Source of the DNA: Macrostomum lignano
Taxonomy: Eukaryota
Length of the DNA: 64,000 bases
Reading direction: 5' to 3'
NCBI GenBank assembly: GCA_002269645.1
Contig: NIVC01002229.1
Coordinates: forward strand, 57,927-121,926
Each line of letters begins with the position of its first letter. The first letter of the stretch is position 1. Both the position numbers and the translations under genes were made by a program. This document shows, piece after piece, positions 1 through 11,317 of this stretch. Below the pieces are notes generated by a model that ran no database searches, was not told the origin of the DNA, and was given only the letters and a program-made list of their open reading frames with translations.

Positions 1-1209
1 ATTAAGCTCTTATCTCTTAGTATCACTCCGTGTGTCATACCAGTTATTAAGCTCTTATCTCTTAGTGTCACTCCGTGTGTCATACCAGATATTAAGCTCC
101 CATATTCAGGCGTCATTCCGTGTGTCACTAGTTATTAATCACCCATATCCAAGTGTCACTCCGTGTGTCACTAGTTATTAAGCTCCCATCTAATGTGTCA
201 CTCCGTGTGTCACACCAGTTATTAAGCTCCGATCTCCAGGTGACACTCCGTGTGTCACACCAGTTATTAAGCTCCGATCTCAAGATGACACTCCGTGTGT
301 CACACCAGTTATTAAGCTCCGATCTCCAGGTGACACTCCGTGTGTCACACCAGTTATTAAGCTCCGATCTCCAGGTGACACTCCGTGTGTCACACCAGTT
401 ATTTAGCTCCCATCTCCATGTGACACTCCGTGTGTCACACCAGTTATTAAGCTCCGATCTCCAGGTGACACTCCGTGTGTCACACCAGTTATTAAGCTCC
501 AATCTCCAGGTGACACTCCGTGTGTCACACCAGTTATTAAGCTCCAATCTCCAGGTGACACTCCGTGTGTCACACCAGTTATTAAGCTCCAATCTCCAGG
601 TGACACTCCGTGTGTCACACCAGCTATTAAGCTCCGATCTCCAAGTGTCACTCCGTGTGTCACACCAGTTATTAAGCTCCAATCTCCAGGTGACACTCCG
701 TGTGTCACACCAGTTATTAAGCTCCGATCTCCAGGTGACACTCCGTGTGTCACACCAGTTATTAAGCTCCGATCTCCAGGTGACACTCCGTGTGTCACAC
801 CAGTTATTTAGCTCCCATCTCCATGTGACACTCCGTGTGTCACACCAGTTATTAAGCTCCAATCTCCAGGTGACACTCCGTGTGTCACACCAGTTATTAA
901 GCTCCAATCTCCAGGTGACACTCCGTGTGTCACACCAGTTATTAAGCTCCAATCTCCAGGTGACACTCCGTGTGTCACACCAGTTATTAAGCTCCAATCT
1001 CCAGGTGACACTCCGTGTGTCACACCAGTTATTAAGCTCCAATCTCCAGGTGACACTCCGTGTGTCACACCAGTTATTAAGCTCCAATCTCCAGGTGACA
1101 CTCCGTGTGTCACACCAGCTATTAAGCTCCGATCTCCAAGTGTCACTCTGTGTGTCACACCAGTTATTAAGCCCCGATCTCCATGTTTCACTCCGTGTGT
1201 CACACCAGT
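1..1209. repeat. 45-bp minisatellite (~27 copies) in an ACY1 intron
   Basis: Unit CCAGTTATTAAGCTCC(A/G)ATCTCCAGGTGACACTCCGTGTGTCACA. CACACCAG recurs at 841 and 886. The first units are diverged. Confidence 0.97.
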
Positions 1210-1244
1210 CACGCCAGCCCACCTGCATTTGCCTTGCCCGCCAG

Positions 1245-1499
1245 GTGACCGGCAAGCTGGGCATGGGCAAGTTCTGCCAGTCCGACAAGTTCCGCAGCCT
1301 GAACGTCGGCTGCGCCATGGACGAAGGCCTGGCCAACCCCACCGAGGCTTTCACAGTTTACTATGGCGAGCGCTCCGTCTGGTGGCTTCGCTTTGAGATC
1401 CGCGGCCAGCCCGGACACGGCTCCCGGCTGATGGAGGACACGGCAGGGGAGAAGGCGGCCAAGCTGATCCAGCGGCTCTACCGCTTCAGGGACAGTCAG
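1245..1499 (+). CDS. ACY1: Aminoacylase-1 (M20A peptidase), penultimate exon
   Basis: Pyrimidine tract + CCAG acceptor (ends 1244), donor CAG|GTGCGA at 1500, 85 codons, phase 0. VTGKLGM...AMDEGLANPTEAFTVYYGERSVWW...GQPGHGSRLMEDTAGEK matches ACY1 [24 protein letters not shown]...GRPGHASRFMEDTAAEK. Confidence 0.93.
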
Positions 1500-1513
1500 G
1501 TGCGACAGCCACT

Positions 1514-1952
1514 GAGCATTATTGAGTGCCACTTTGAGCATTATTGAGTGCCACTTTGAGCATTGTTGAGTGCCACTTTGAGCATTATTGAGTGTCACTT
1601 TGAGCATTATTGAGTGCCACTTTGAGCATTATTGAGTGCCACTTTGAGCATTATTGAGTGCCACTTTGAGCATTATTGAGTGCCACTTTGAGCATTATTG
1701 AGTGCCACTTTGAGCATTATTGAGTGCCACTTTGAGCATTATTGAGTGCCACTTTGAGCATTATTGAGTGCCACTTTGAGCATTATTGAGTGCCACTTTG
1801 AGCATTATTGAGTGCCACTTTGAGCATTATTGAGTGCCACTTTGAGCATTATTGAGTGCCACTTTGAGCATTATTGAGTGCCACTTTGAGCATTATTGAG
1901 TGCCACTTTGAGCATTATTGAGTGTCACTTTGAGCATTGTTGAGTGCCACTT
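1514..1952. repeat. 22-bp minisatellite filling ACY1 intron 1500-1992
   Basis: GAGCATTATTGAGTGCCACTTT, ~20 near-identical copies (starts at 1624, 1646). Confidence 0.97.
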
Positions 1953-1992
1953 TAAGTAGCTCACTAAGTAGCTCGCATCGCATTCTCTACAG

Positions 1993-2508
1993 GTGGAGCG
2001 CCTGGAGCGCGGCCGCGGCATCCGCCTTGGCGAGGTGACCACGCTGAACCTGACGCAGATGAACGGCGGGGTGCAGACCAACGTGCTGCCGGAGAAGCTC
2101 TGTCTGGACGTGGACTGCCGCATCGCTCCAGACGTCAATCTCGTCCACTTCGAGGCGGAGCTGCGCCGCTGGTGCGAGGAGGCCGGGCCGGGCGTGTCGC
2201 TGGAGTTCACGCAGAAGTTCGACGCCGGCAAGCCGACGGACACGTCGGAGCGGAACCCGTGGTGGTCGGCCTTTGCCGGCTCCTGCCAGCGGCTCGGCAT
2301 GAACATCGAGCCCGAGATCTTCCCGGCCGCCACCGACAGCCGCTACCTGCGCTCCCTGGGCATCAGCGCCATCGGCTTCTCCCCGATGAATCGAACCCCC
2401 GTCCTGCTGCACGACCACAACGAGTTCCTCAACCGGGACGTCTTCCTGCGCGGCGTGGAGCTGTACACCGCCATCATTCCTGACGTTGCCGACTGCCCCG
2501 CTGCCTGA
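1993..2508 (+). CDS. ACY1: Aminoacylase-1, terminal exon
   Basis: Acceptor CTCTACAG (AG 1991-1992). TTLNLTQMNGGVQTNVLP, NPWWSAF, EIFPAATDSRYLR, GFSPMNRTPVLLHDHNEFL are ACY1 C-terminal motifs. Stop TGA 2506-2508. Confidence 0.95.
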   Translation: MERLERGRGIRLGEVTTLNLTQMNGGVQTNVLPEKLCLDVDCRIAPDVNLVHFEAELRRWCEEAGPGVSLEFTQKFDAGKPTDTSERNPWWSAFAGSCQRLGMNIEPEIFPAATDSRYLRSLGISAIGFSPMNRTPVLLHDHNEFLNRDVFLRGVELYTAIIPDVADCPAA

Positions 2509-3286
2509 GAACCCGGCTAGCAACTGCTTAGAAACCACACAAACATAAAAACCGCATAGCAACTGCTTGAAACCCGCATAAATCGGTGAATTTCTGCTCC
2601 TAGTTAAAGCTTGCTGTAGTCGCATATCTGTATGTTATTCTGTCAATAATGCAATAATAAATCATTTGTTCTTGATTTTTGATCCAAATTTCCCCAGAAA
2701 TTCAATGACGTATGGATGATTGATTCACTATTTTGGCAGCCCCCATTCTGACCGAAATTCTTGCATCGCTGGTGCTCAGTACTTTTAGTGCCGTGTATTT
2801 CGTGTCTCTGACTCGTTTTATTTGTCTTCGCTCGCATGATTTTCCATGCTTGTCATTTATCAATTTATTTGTTTATTCCTGGTGACAGCCATCGATTTTC
2901 CAACTGATTTATTGTCGCTCTGGTCTGCTTGCTGTTTGGTTTCTTGGAAATATATTGCTTTGAACGCTATCTCTGACTGCTGGCCTTATTTCATTTGTTG
3001 TGATCGATTTCTATCAGTTTGAGTAGTGCCGGTAGCTTATTTTGCCACTAGGAGTCATAGGAAGTGCCGCGCAATGCACCTGAGTTCAGATGCAGTTTTG
3101 GCAGTTTGTATCTGCAGCGCACCCGGCAGGAAAGAGGGGGAGGGGCAGGCAGGAAGTTCAGTAGGCAAACTTGCGTCTGCATTTCCAGTTTGTTGTTTGC
3201 GCAGCCTGATAAATAACTGGACAGAGCTGGCCTGCAGGCTTAAATGGTGGTGTGGGCTATGGAAAAGTGAAGGAGGGTCAGGGACA

Positions 3287-3455
3287 GACAGGCAGACAGA
3301 CAGACAGGCAGACAGACAGACAGGCAGGCAGACAGGCAGACAGACAGACAGACAGACAGACAGGCAGGCAGGCAGACAGACAGACAGACAGACAGATAGA
3401 CAGACAGACAGGCAGACAGACAGACAGACAGGCAGGCAGACAGGCAGGCAGACAG
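3287..3455. repeat. (GACA)n/(GGCA)n microsatellite
   Basis: Direct inspection; lies ~70 bp upstream of the kinase ATG. Confidence 0.95.
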
Positions 3456-3525
3456 GTAGTCGCGCAAGCTTCTCTCTCCGGCCCGCAGCCTCCCCAGTCG
3501 CCAAGCGCCGCCTCCCGCTAGCTCG

Positions 3526-4246
3526 ATGGGCTGCGCGCAGTCCAGCAGCGGGCAGGCCAGGCGGAAGAGCCGCCAGCTGGACCGGGAGCGCTACGGCTAC
3601 GCGGTGGACAGCGATGAAGAAGACTTGCCAAAGAAGCCGAAAAGCCAGCAGCCGCTGCAGCTGCAGAAGCCGGAGAAGCAGCAGAAGCAGTCGCTGGCAA
3701 ATCAGCAGCCGGAGCCGGAGGCTGACCAGCAGCTTCATCCCGGCCGGACTCGGCGAGTTCAAATTGACAGCGCAATCCGGGTCAAGTACAATGTGAGCAG
3801 CATCCTGCACCGTACTGAGCACTCCAACTCCCTGGTGCTCAAGGCCGTCCACAGGGACACCCACGAGCCCTTCGCGCTGAAGCTCGTGCCGGCGGCCCGC
3901 GCCAGCCGCTTCCGCACGGAGCTGTCGGCCATCCGGCGGGCGCGGCATCCCAACATCGTCCGCTGCGTGACGCACATCGAGACTCCCCGCTTCCTGTGCC
4001 TGGTGCTCGAGCTGGCCACCGGCGACCGCCTGGCGCAGCGGCTGAACGAGCGCGGCCGCCTGCCGGAGCTCCAGGCCGCCGTCTACTCCGCCCAGCTGCT
4101 GGACGGCCTCGCCCACCTGCACAGCTTCGGCTGCGCGCACCGCAACATCCGAACGGAGAACCTGCTGTTCTACCATGTGGGCCCAGACTCCCGCCTCCTC
4201 ATCATTGACTTCGCCTGCGCTTTGCTGCCCGACTCCCCTGATAGCG
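3526..4246 (+). CDS. PSKH1: PSKH-family (CaMK group) kinase-like protein, exon 1; predicted pseudokinase
   Basis: MGC N-terminus; FALK, TEL, RHPNIV, LELATGDRL, HRNIRTENLLFYHVGPDSRLLIIDFA resemble PSKH1 MELATGGEL and [26 protein letters not shown]. Donor G|GTGAGA at 4247, phase 1. Family call is firm; orthology to PSKH1 specifically is not. Confidence 0.8.
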
Positions 4247-4251
4247 GTGAG

Positions 4252-4625
4252 ATGACCAATCTAGTCTATGGCCAATCTGGTCTATGACCAATCTATTCTA
4301 TGACCAATCTATTCTATGACCAATCTATTCTATGACCAATCTATTCTATGACCAATCTATTAGTCTATGACCATTCCAGTAGTCTATGACCAATCCAGTA
4401 GTCTATGACCAACCCAGTAGTCTATGACCAATCTAGTAGTCTATGACCAATCTAGTAGTCTGACTACTCTTTTCTACTACCGCCCTGTTTTATAACCACT
4501 ATTCTTATCAACACTATGCTTTTGACCACTCTAGGATATGACCAGTCTAGGCTCTGACCACTCCAAGCTATGACCAATTCTAAGCTATGACCACTCTAGT
4601 CCAGTAAGACTATTCTATGACCAGT
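4252..4625. repeat. 16-19-bp CTATGACCAATCTA(G)T minisatellite in kinase intron
   Basis: CTATG recurs at 4266, 4282, 4298, 4314 and decays toward 4625. Confidence 0.9.
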
Positions 4626-4685
4626 CTGCCCCTTATTCCACTGCCACAGCTGCCTAACCCATCCACACCGCCCTCCGATTCGCAG

Positions 4686-5164
4686 AGGCCCTGGCGCCCC
4701 ACGGCAGCAGCGCCAGCGAAACTCCTGAAGGCGTCGACGGGCGGCCTTGCGGCCAGCCGGCCGACATTTGGGCCGTTGGCATGGTAACCATTGCCATGCT
4801 GACTGGCCGCAAATCCGCCGCTGTCCGGCCCGGCCAGCCGCCGTTGTTGCCGCAGTCGCTGTCCGAACCGGCGCGGCAGTTCCTGGCCGCCTGCCTCCGC
4901 CCAGACCCCGCCGATCGACCGGCCGCTGCTGAGGCCCGCCGCTGCGCCTGGCTGACCGCAGCGTCTGCGGTGACGGCCCGACGGCCGCCTCTCAGCGCTC
5001 GGCCTCCGGCAGCTCCGAGGCGCGGCGCGCCGCCTCCCAGTCCGGCTCGTCCAGCCGCTGCTCCTCCAGCCGCCTGGGCGACTCCCAGCTGTCCGAGACC
5101 GGCACCGAGCTGCGGTCTAACAGCGACAGCACCTGCAGCTGACCGACTCAGCAACTGCAGCTGA
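4686..5164 (+). CDS. PSKH1: PSKH-family kinase-like protein, exon 2 (C-lobe and tail)
   Basis: Acceptor TTCGCAG|AG matches the phase-1 donor. Encodes ETPE (APE equivalent), ADIWAVGMV (DxWxxG), ARQFLAACLRPDPADRP. Stop at 5164 as written, or 5142 if a 1-nt frameshift near 4992 is real or an error. Confidence 0.75.
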
Positions 5165-5573
5165 CCGACTCAGCAACTGCAGCTGACCGACTCAGCAACT
5201 GCAGCTGACCGACTCAGCAACTGCAGCTGACCGACTCAGCAACTGCAGCTGACCGACTCAGCCACTGCAGCTGACTGACTCAGCAACTGCAGCTGACCGA
5301 CTCAGCCACTGCAGCTGACTGACTCAGCCACTGCAGCTGACCGACTCAGCAACTGCAGCTGACCGACTCAGCCACTGCAGCCGACCGACTCAGCCACTGC
5401 AGCTGACCGACTCAGAAACTGCAGCTGACCGACTCAGAAACTGCAGCTGACCGACTCAGAAACTGCAGCTGACTGACTCAGCCACTGCAGCTGACCGACT
5501 CAGCCACTGCAGCTGACCGACTCAGCAACTGCAGCTGACCGACTCAGCCACTGCAGCTGACTGACTCAGCCAC
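5132..5573. repeat. 22-bp minisatellite overlapping the kinase stop codon
   Basis: CAGCTGACCGACTCAGC(A/C)ACTG, ~20 copies (starts at 5136, 5158). Confidence 0.95.
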
Positions 5574-6169
5574 GGTTAAAAGTTAATAGAAATTTCGTAT
5601 CAAAGCCTATTTATATTTTCAAACTTCACCCGTGTGGTCAGGTGCTGCTCACATCGCAATATTTAGCGACCTTGAAATTGAAAATGAATTTTTTTGAAAT
5701 GAAATTTTGTCTAGCAGATTACAGTTGAAATAGTTGATTTTTTAGCTATTACCGGTATAGCTGTCTGTCTCCTGGTCTCGTGCCTCTGCTGTACTTTTCT
5801 GTAATCTTTAACCTGTATTCACATTTTTTTGTAAACAAAAATGCTTATTCGAATTCAATTTAGGGTGAGATCTCCTGTTCTGCCCAACACTTTTTTACTG
5901 TTGTTATTGTTCAATTTGCCACTCGAATTCTCTGCCCAAGCTGTATTCACGTGATTTATGAATTCATGTATTGACTGTGCGCCCATTCACCTGCTGTAAT
6001 TCGCCTCTGCCATTCATGCGCTCGCCACTGTTTCTGCAACATCTAATTATAAACTGAGCGTCCGCTTGTGGAAAGCTTATTGGCTGCACTGGCTTCATTT
6101 CTACTGATTTTTATTGGCATAGAGTTAGCCATCGGCTATGCCTAATCTAGCTTTTATAGCATATCTAGT

Positions 6170-9100
6170 ACTCTATTGCACACACTGCTATTGCACACTG
6201 TCTATTGCACACACTGTCTATTGCACACTGGCTATTGCACACTGTCTATTGCACACTGTCTATTGCACACTGGCTATTGCACACTGTCTATTGCACACTG
6301 TCTATTGCACACTGTCTATTGCACACTGTCTATTGCACACTGTCTATTGCACACACTGTCTATTGCACACTGGCTATTGCACACTGTCTATTGCACACAC
6401 TGTCTATTGCACACTGGCTATTGCACACTGTCTATTGCACACACTGTCTATTGCACACACTGGCTATTGCACACTGTCTATTGCACACACTGTCTATTGC
6501 ACACTGGCTATTGCACACTGTCTATTGCACACACTGTCTATTGCACACTGGCTATTGCACACTGTCTATTGCACACACTGGCTATTGCACACTGTCTATT
6601 GCACACACTGTCTATTGCACACTGGCTATTGCACACTGTCTATTGCACACTGGCTATTGCACACTGTCTATTGCACACACTGGCTATTGCACACTGTCTA
6701 TTGCACACACTGGCTATTGCACACTGTCTATTGCACACACTGTCTATTGCACACTGTCTATTGCACATACTGTCTATTGCACACTGTCTATTGCACACTG
6801 TCTATTGCACACTGTCTATTGCACACTGTCTATTGCACACACTGTCTATTGCACACCGTCTATTGCACACTGTCTATTGCACACTGTCTATTGCACACAC
6901 TGGCTATTGCACACCGTCTATTGCACACTGTCTATTGCACACACTGTCTATTGCACACTGTCTATTGCACACTGTCTTTTGCACACAGTCTATTGCACAC
7001 ACTGGCTATTGCATACACCGTCTATTGCACACTGTCTATTGCACACTGTCTATTGCACACACTGGCTATTGCACACTGTCTATTGCACACTGTCTATTGC
7101 ACACACTGTCTATTGCACACTGTCTATTGCACACTGTCTATTGCACACACTGTCTATTGCACACTGTCTATTGCACACACTGGCTATTGCATACACCGTC
7201 TATTGCACACACTGTCTATTGCACACTGTCTATTGCACATACTGGCTATTGCATACACCGTCTATTGCACACACTGTCTATTGCACACACTGTCTATTGC
7301 ACACACTGGCTATTGCATACACCGTCTATTGCACACACTGTCTATTGCACACTGTCTATTGCACATACTGTCTATTGCACACTGTCTATTGCACACTGTC
7401 TATTGCACACTGTCTATTGCACACTGTCTATTGCACACTGTCTATTGCACACTGTCTATTGCACACTGTCTATTGCACACTGTCTATTGCACACACTGTC
7501 TATTGCACACACTGTCTATTGCACACTGTCTATTGCACACTGTCTATTGCACACACTGTCTATTGCACATACTGTCTATTGCACACTGTCTATTGCACAC
7601 TGTCTATTGCACATACTGTCTATTGCACATACTGTCTATTGCACACTGTCTATTGCACACTGTCTATTGCACACACTGGCTATTGCACACTGTCTATTGC
7701 ACACTGTCTATTGCACACACTGGCTATTGCACACTGTCTATTGCACACTGGCTATTGCACACTGTCTATTGCACACTGTCTATTGCACACTGGCTATTGC
7801 ACACTGTCTATTGCACACACTGTCTATTGCACACACTGGCTATTGCACACTGTCTATTGCACACTGGCTATTGCACACTGTCTATTGCACATACTGTCTA
7901 TTGCACACTGTCTATTGCACACTGTCTATTGCACACACTGGCTATTGCACACTGTCTATTGCACACACTGTCTATTGCACACACTGGCTATTGCACACTG
8001 TCTATTGCACACTGGCTATTGCATACTGTCTATTGCACACACTGGCTATTGCACACTGTCTATTGCACACTGGCTATTGCACACACTGGCTATTGCACAC
8101 TGTCTATTGCACACACTGGCTATTGCACACACTGGCTATTGCACACACTGTCTATTGCATACTGTCTATTGCACACACTGGCTATTGCACACTGTCTATT
8201 GCACACACTGGCTATTGCACACTGTCTATAGCACACACTGTCTATTGCATACTGTCTATTGCACACACTGGCTATTGCACACTGTCTATTGCACACTGGC
8301 TATTGCACACACTGGCTATTGCACACTGTCTATTGCACACACTGTCTATTGCACACACTGGCTATTGCACACTGTCTATTGCACACTGGCTATTGCACAC
8401 ACTGGCTATTGCACACTGTCTATTGCATACACTGTCTATTGCACACACTGGCTATTGCACACTGTCTATTGCACACTGGCTATTGCACACTGTCTATTGC
8501 ACACTGTCTATTGCACACTGTCTGTTGCACACTGTCTATTGCACACACTGTCTATTGCACACACTGGCTATTGCACACTGTCTATTGCACACACTGTCTA
8601 TTGCACACTGGCTATTGCACACTGTCTATTGCACACACTGTCTATTGCACACTGGCTATTGCACACTGTCTATTGCACACACTGGCTATTGCACACTGTC
8701 TATTGCACACACTGTCTATTGCACACTGGCTATTGCACACTGTCTATTGCACACTGGCTATTGCACACTGTCTATTGCACACACTGGCTATTGCACACTG
8801 TCTATTGCACACACTGGCTATTGCACACTGTCTATTGCACACACTGTCTATTGCACACTGTCTATTGCACATACTGTCTATTGCACACTGTCTATTGCAC
8901 ACTGTCTATTGCACACTGTCTATTGCACACTGTCTATTGCACACACTGTCTATTGCACACCGTCTATTGCACACTGTCTATTGCACACTGTCTATTGCAC
9001 ACACTGGCTATTGCACACTGTCTATTGCACACTGTCTATTGCACACACTGTCTATTGCACACTGTCTATTGCACACTGTCTTTTGCACACAGTCTATTGC

Positions 9101-10648
9101 ACACACTGGCTATTGCATACACCGTCTATTGCACACTGTCTATTGCACACTGTCTATTGCACACACTGGCTATTGCACACTGTCTATTGCACACTGTCTA
9201 TTGCACACACTGTCTATTGCACACTGTCTATTGCACACTGTCTATTGCACACACTGTCTATTGCACACTGTCTATTGCACATACTGGCTATTGCATACAC
9301 CGTCTATTGCACACACTGTCTATTGCACACTGTCTATTGCACACACTGTCTATTGCACACACTGTCTATTGCACACACTGTCTATTGCACACACTGTCTA
9401 TTGCACACACTGGCTATTGCATACACCGTCTATTGCACACACTGTCTATTGCACACTGTCTATTGCACATACTGTCTATTGCACACTGTCTATTGCACAC
9501 TGTCTATTGCACACTGTCTATTGCACACTGTCTATTGCACACTGTCTATTGCACACTGTCTATTGCACACTGTCTATTGCACACTGTCTATTGCACACAC
9601 TGTCTATTGCACACACTGTCTATTGCACACTGTCTATTGCACACTGTCTATTGCACACACTGTCTATTGCACATACTGTCTATTGCACACTGTCTATTGC
9701 ACACTGTCTATTGCACATACTGTCTATTGCACATACTGTCTATTGCACACTGTCTATTGCACACTGTCTATTGCACACACTGGCTATTGCACACTGTCTA
9801 TTGCACACTGTCTATTGCACACACTGGCTATTGCACACTGTCTATTGCACACTGGCTATTGCACACTGTCTATTGCACACTGTCTATTGCACACTGGCTA
9901 TTGCACACTGTCTATTGCACACACTGTCTATTGCACACACTGGCTATTGCACACTGTCTATTGCACACTGGCTATTGCACACTGTCTATTGCACATACTG
10001 TCTATTGCACACTGTCTATTGCACACTGTCTATTGCACACACTGGCTATTGCACACTGTCTATTGCACACACTGTCTATTGCACACACTGGCTATTGCAC
10101 ACTGTCTATTGCACACTGGCTATTGCATACTGTCTATTGCACACACTGGCTATTGCACACTGTCTATTGCACACTGGCTATTGCACACACTGGCTATTGC
10201 ACACTGTCTATTGCACACACTGGCTATTGCACACACTGGCTATTGCACACACTGTCTATTGCATACTGTCTATTGCACACACTGGCTATTGCACACTGTC
10301 TATTGCACACACTGGCTATTGCACACTGTCTATAGCACACACTGTCTATTGCATACTGTCTATTGCACACACTGGCTATTGCACACTGTCTATTGCACAC
10401 TGGCTATTGCACACACTGGCTATTGCACACTGTCTATTGCACACACTGTCTATTGCACACACTGGCTATTGCACACTGTCTATTGCACACTGGCTATTGC
10501 ACACACTGGCTATTGCACACTGTCTATTGCATACACTGTCTATTGCACACACTGGCTATTGCACACTGTCTATTGCACACTGGCTATTGCACACTGTCTA
10601 TTGCACACTGTCTATTGCACACTGTCTGTTGCACACTGTCTATTGCAC
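6170..10648. repeat. 14/16-bp TATTGCACAC(AC)TG(T/G)C satellite, ~4.5 kb, with a 2104-bp higher-order duplication
   Basis: Rare variants recur 2104 bp apart: TCTTTT 6975/9079, TCTATA 8225/10329, TCTGTT 8521/10625. Confidence 0.97.
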
Positions 10649-10788
10649 ATCTGTCCCACCTGACAGTCTCATATCTGACCCAGTCTCCCCCAGCTCTCAA
10701 GCCTCAACTCCTGGGCCTTACACGCAAACCCGCAAGCATCCTGAACCCGGACGCAGCCTGTCAGACCCCCCCCACGCCTCCGCTGCAG

Positions 10789-11229
10789 TCGGCCGTCCGT
10801 CTCGTCCAGTCCTCGGTGGGCGCCGGGCTGCACGGCTTCCGGCACGTGCGCTCCGCCCAGGTGCCCACCTTCCGCCTGACCCTGGAGGAGCTGGTGCACG
10901 AGGCCACCGGCTGCCGCCTGGTGCACCTGGCTCGCCAGGACGCCAACAACGCCTTCGCCATCCAGCTGCGGACCACCCCGACTGACAGCACCGGGGCGCC
11001 GCACATCCTTGAGCACAGCGTGCTCTGCGGCTCCGCCAAGTACCCGGTGCGGGATCCGTTCTTCAAGATGCTCACCCGCAGCCAGGCCACCTTCATGAAC
11101 GCCATGACTGCGCCCGACTTCACCATCTACCCCTGCTCTACTCAGAACCCCACCGACTTCTACAACCTCTTCTCTGTTTACCTGGACGCCGTGTTTCACC
11201 CGCTGCTCAGCAGGATGGACTTTCTGCAG
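10789..11229 (+). CDS. PITRM1: Presequence protease (pitrilysin metallopeptidase 1, M16C), N-terminal catalytic exon
   Basis: LHGF...LVHLARQDANNAFAIQLRTTPTDSTGAPHILEHSVLCGSAKYPVRDPFFKML...FMNAMT, with the inverzincin HxxEH motif. Donor CAG|GTGAGC at 11230. Acceptor CCGCTGCAG at 10788 is inferred. The start-codon exon and downstream exons were not found. Confidence 0.9.
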
Positions 11230-11317
11230 GTGAGCGCTGGCTGCCCGTGGTTTAGGGATTTCAACTGCTTGAGATTTGGGATCTGATTATGAGCTGTTGG
11301 GATTTTAGAGCATCTGA

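Noticed and set aside
128-1354. Long repetitive ORFs at the window start
   Set aside because: These are translations of the 45-bp intronic repeat. Only 1245-1499 is ACY1-like and bounded by splice sites.
1987-4176. Antisense and alternative-frame ORFs over ACY1 and the kinase
   Set aside because: Shadow ORFs of GC3-rich exons and the GACA microsatellite.
6016-6057. ATG for a PITRM1 transit-peptide exon (MRSPLFLQ...)
   Set aside because: Stops after 13 codons and has no usable splice donor.
6138-10985. ORFs of 700-1500 aa rich in H/C/T (look like metal-binding proteins)
   Set aside because: The satellite unit lacks stops on the + strand, so all three frames are open; there is no codon-level constraint.
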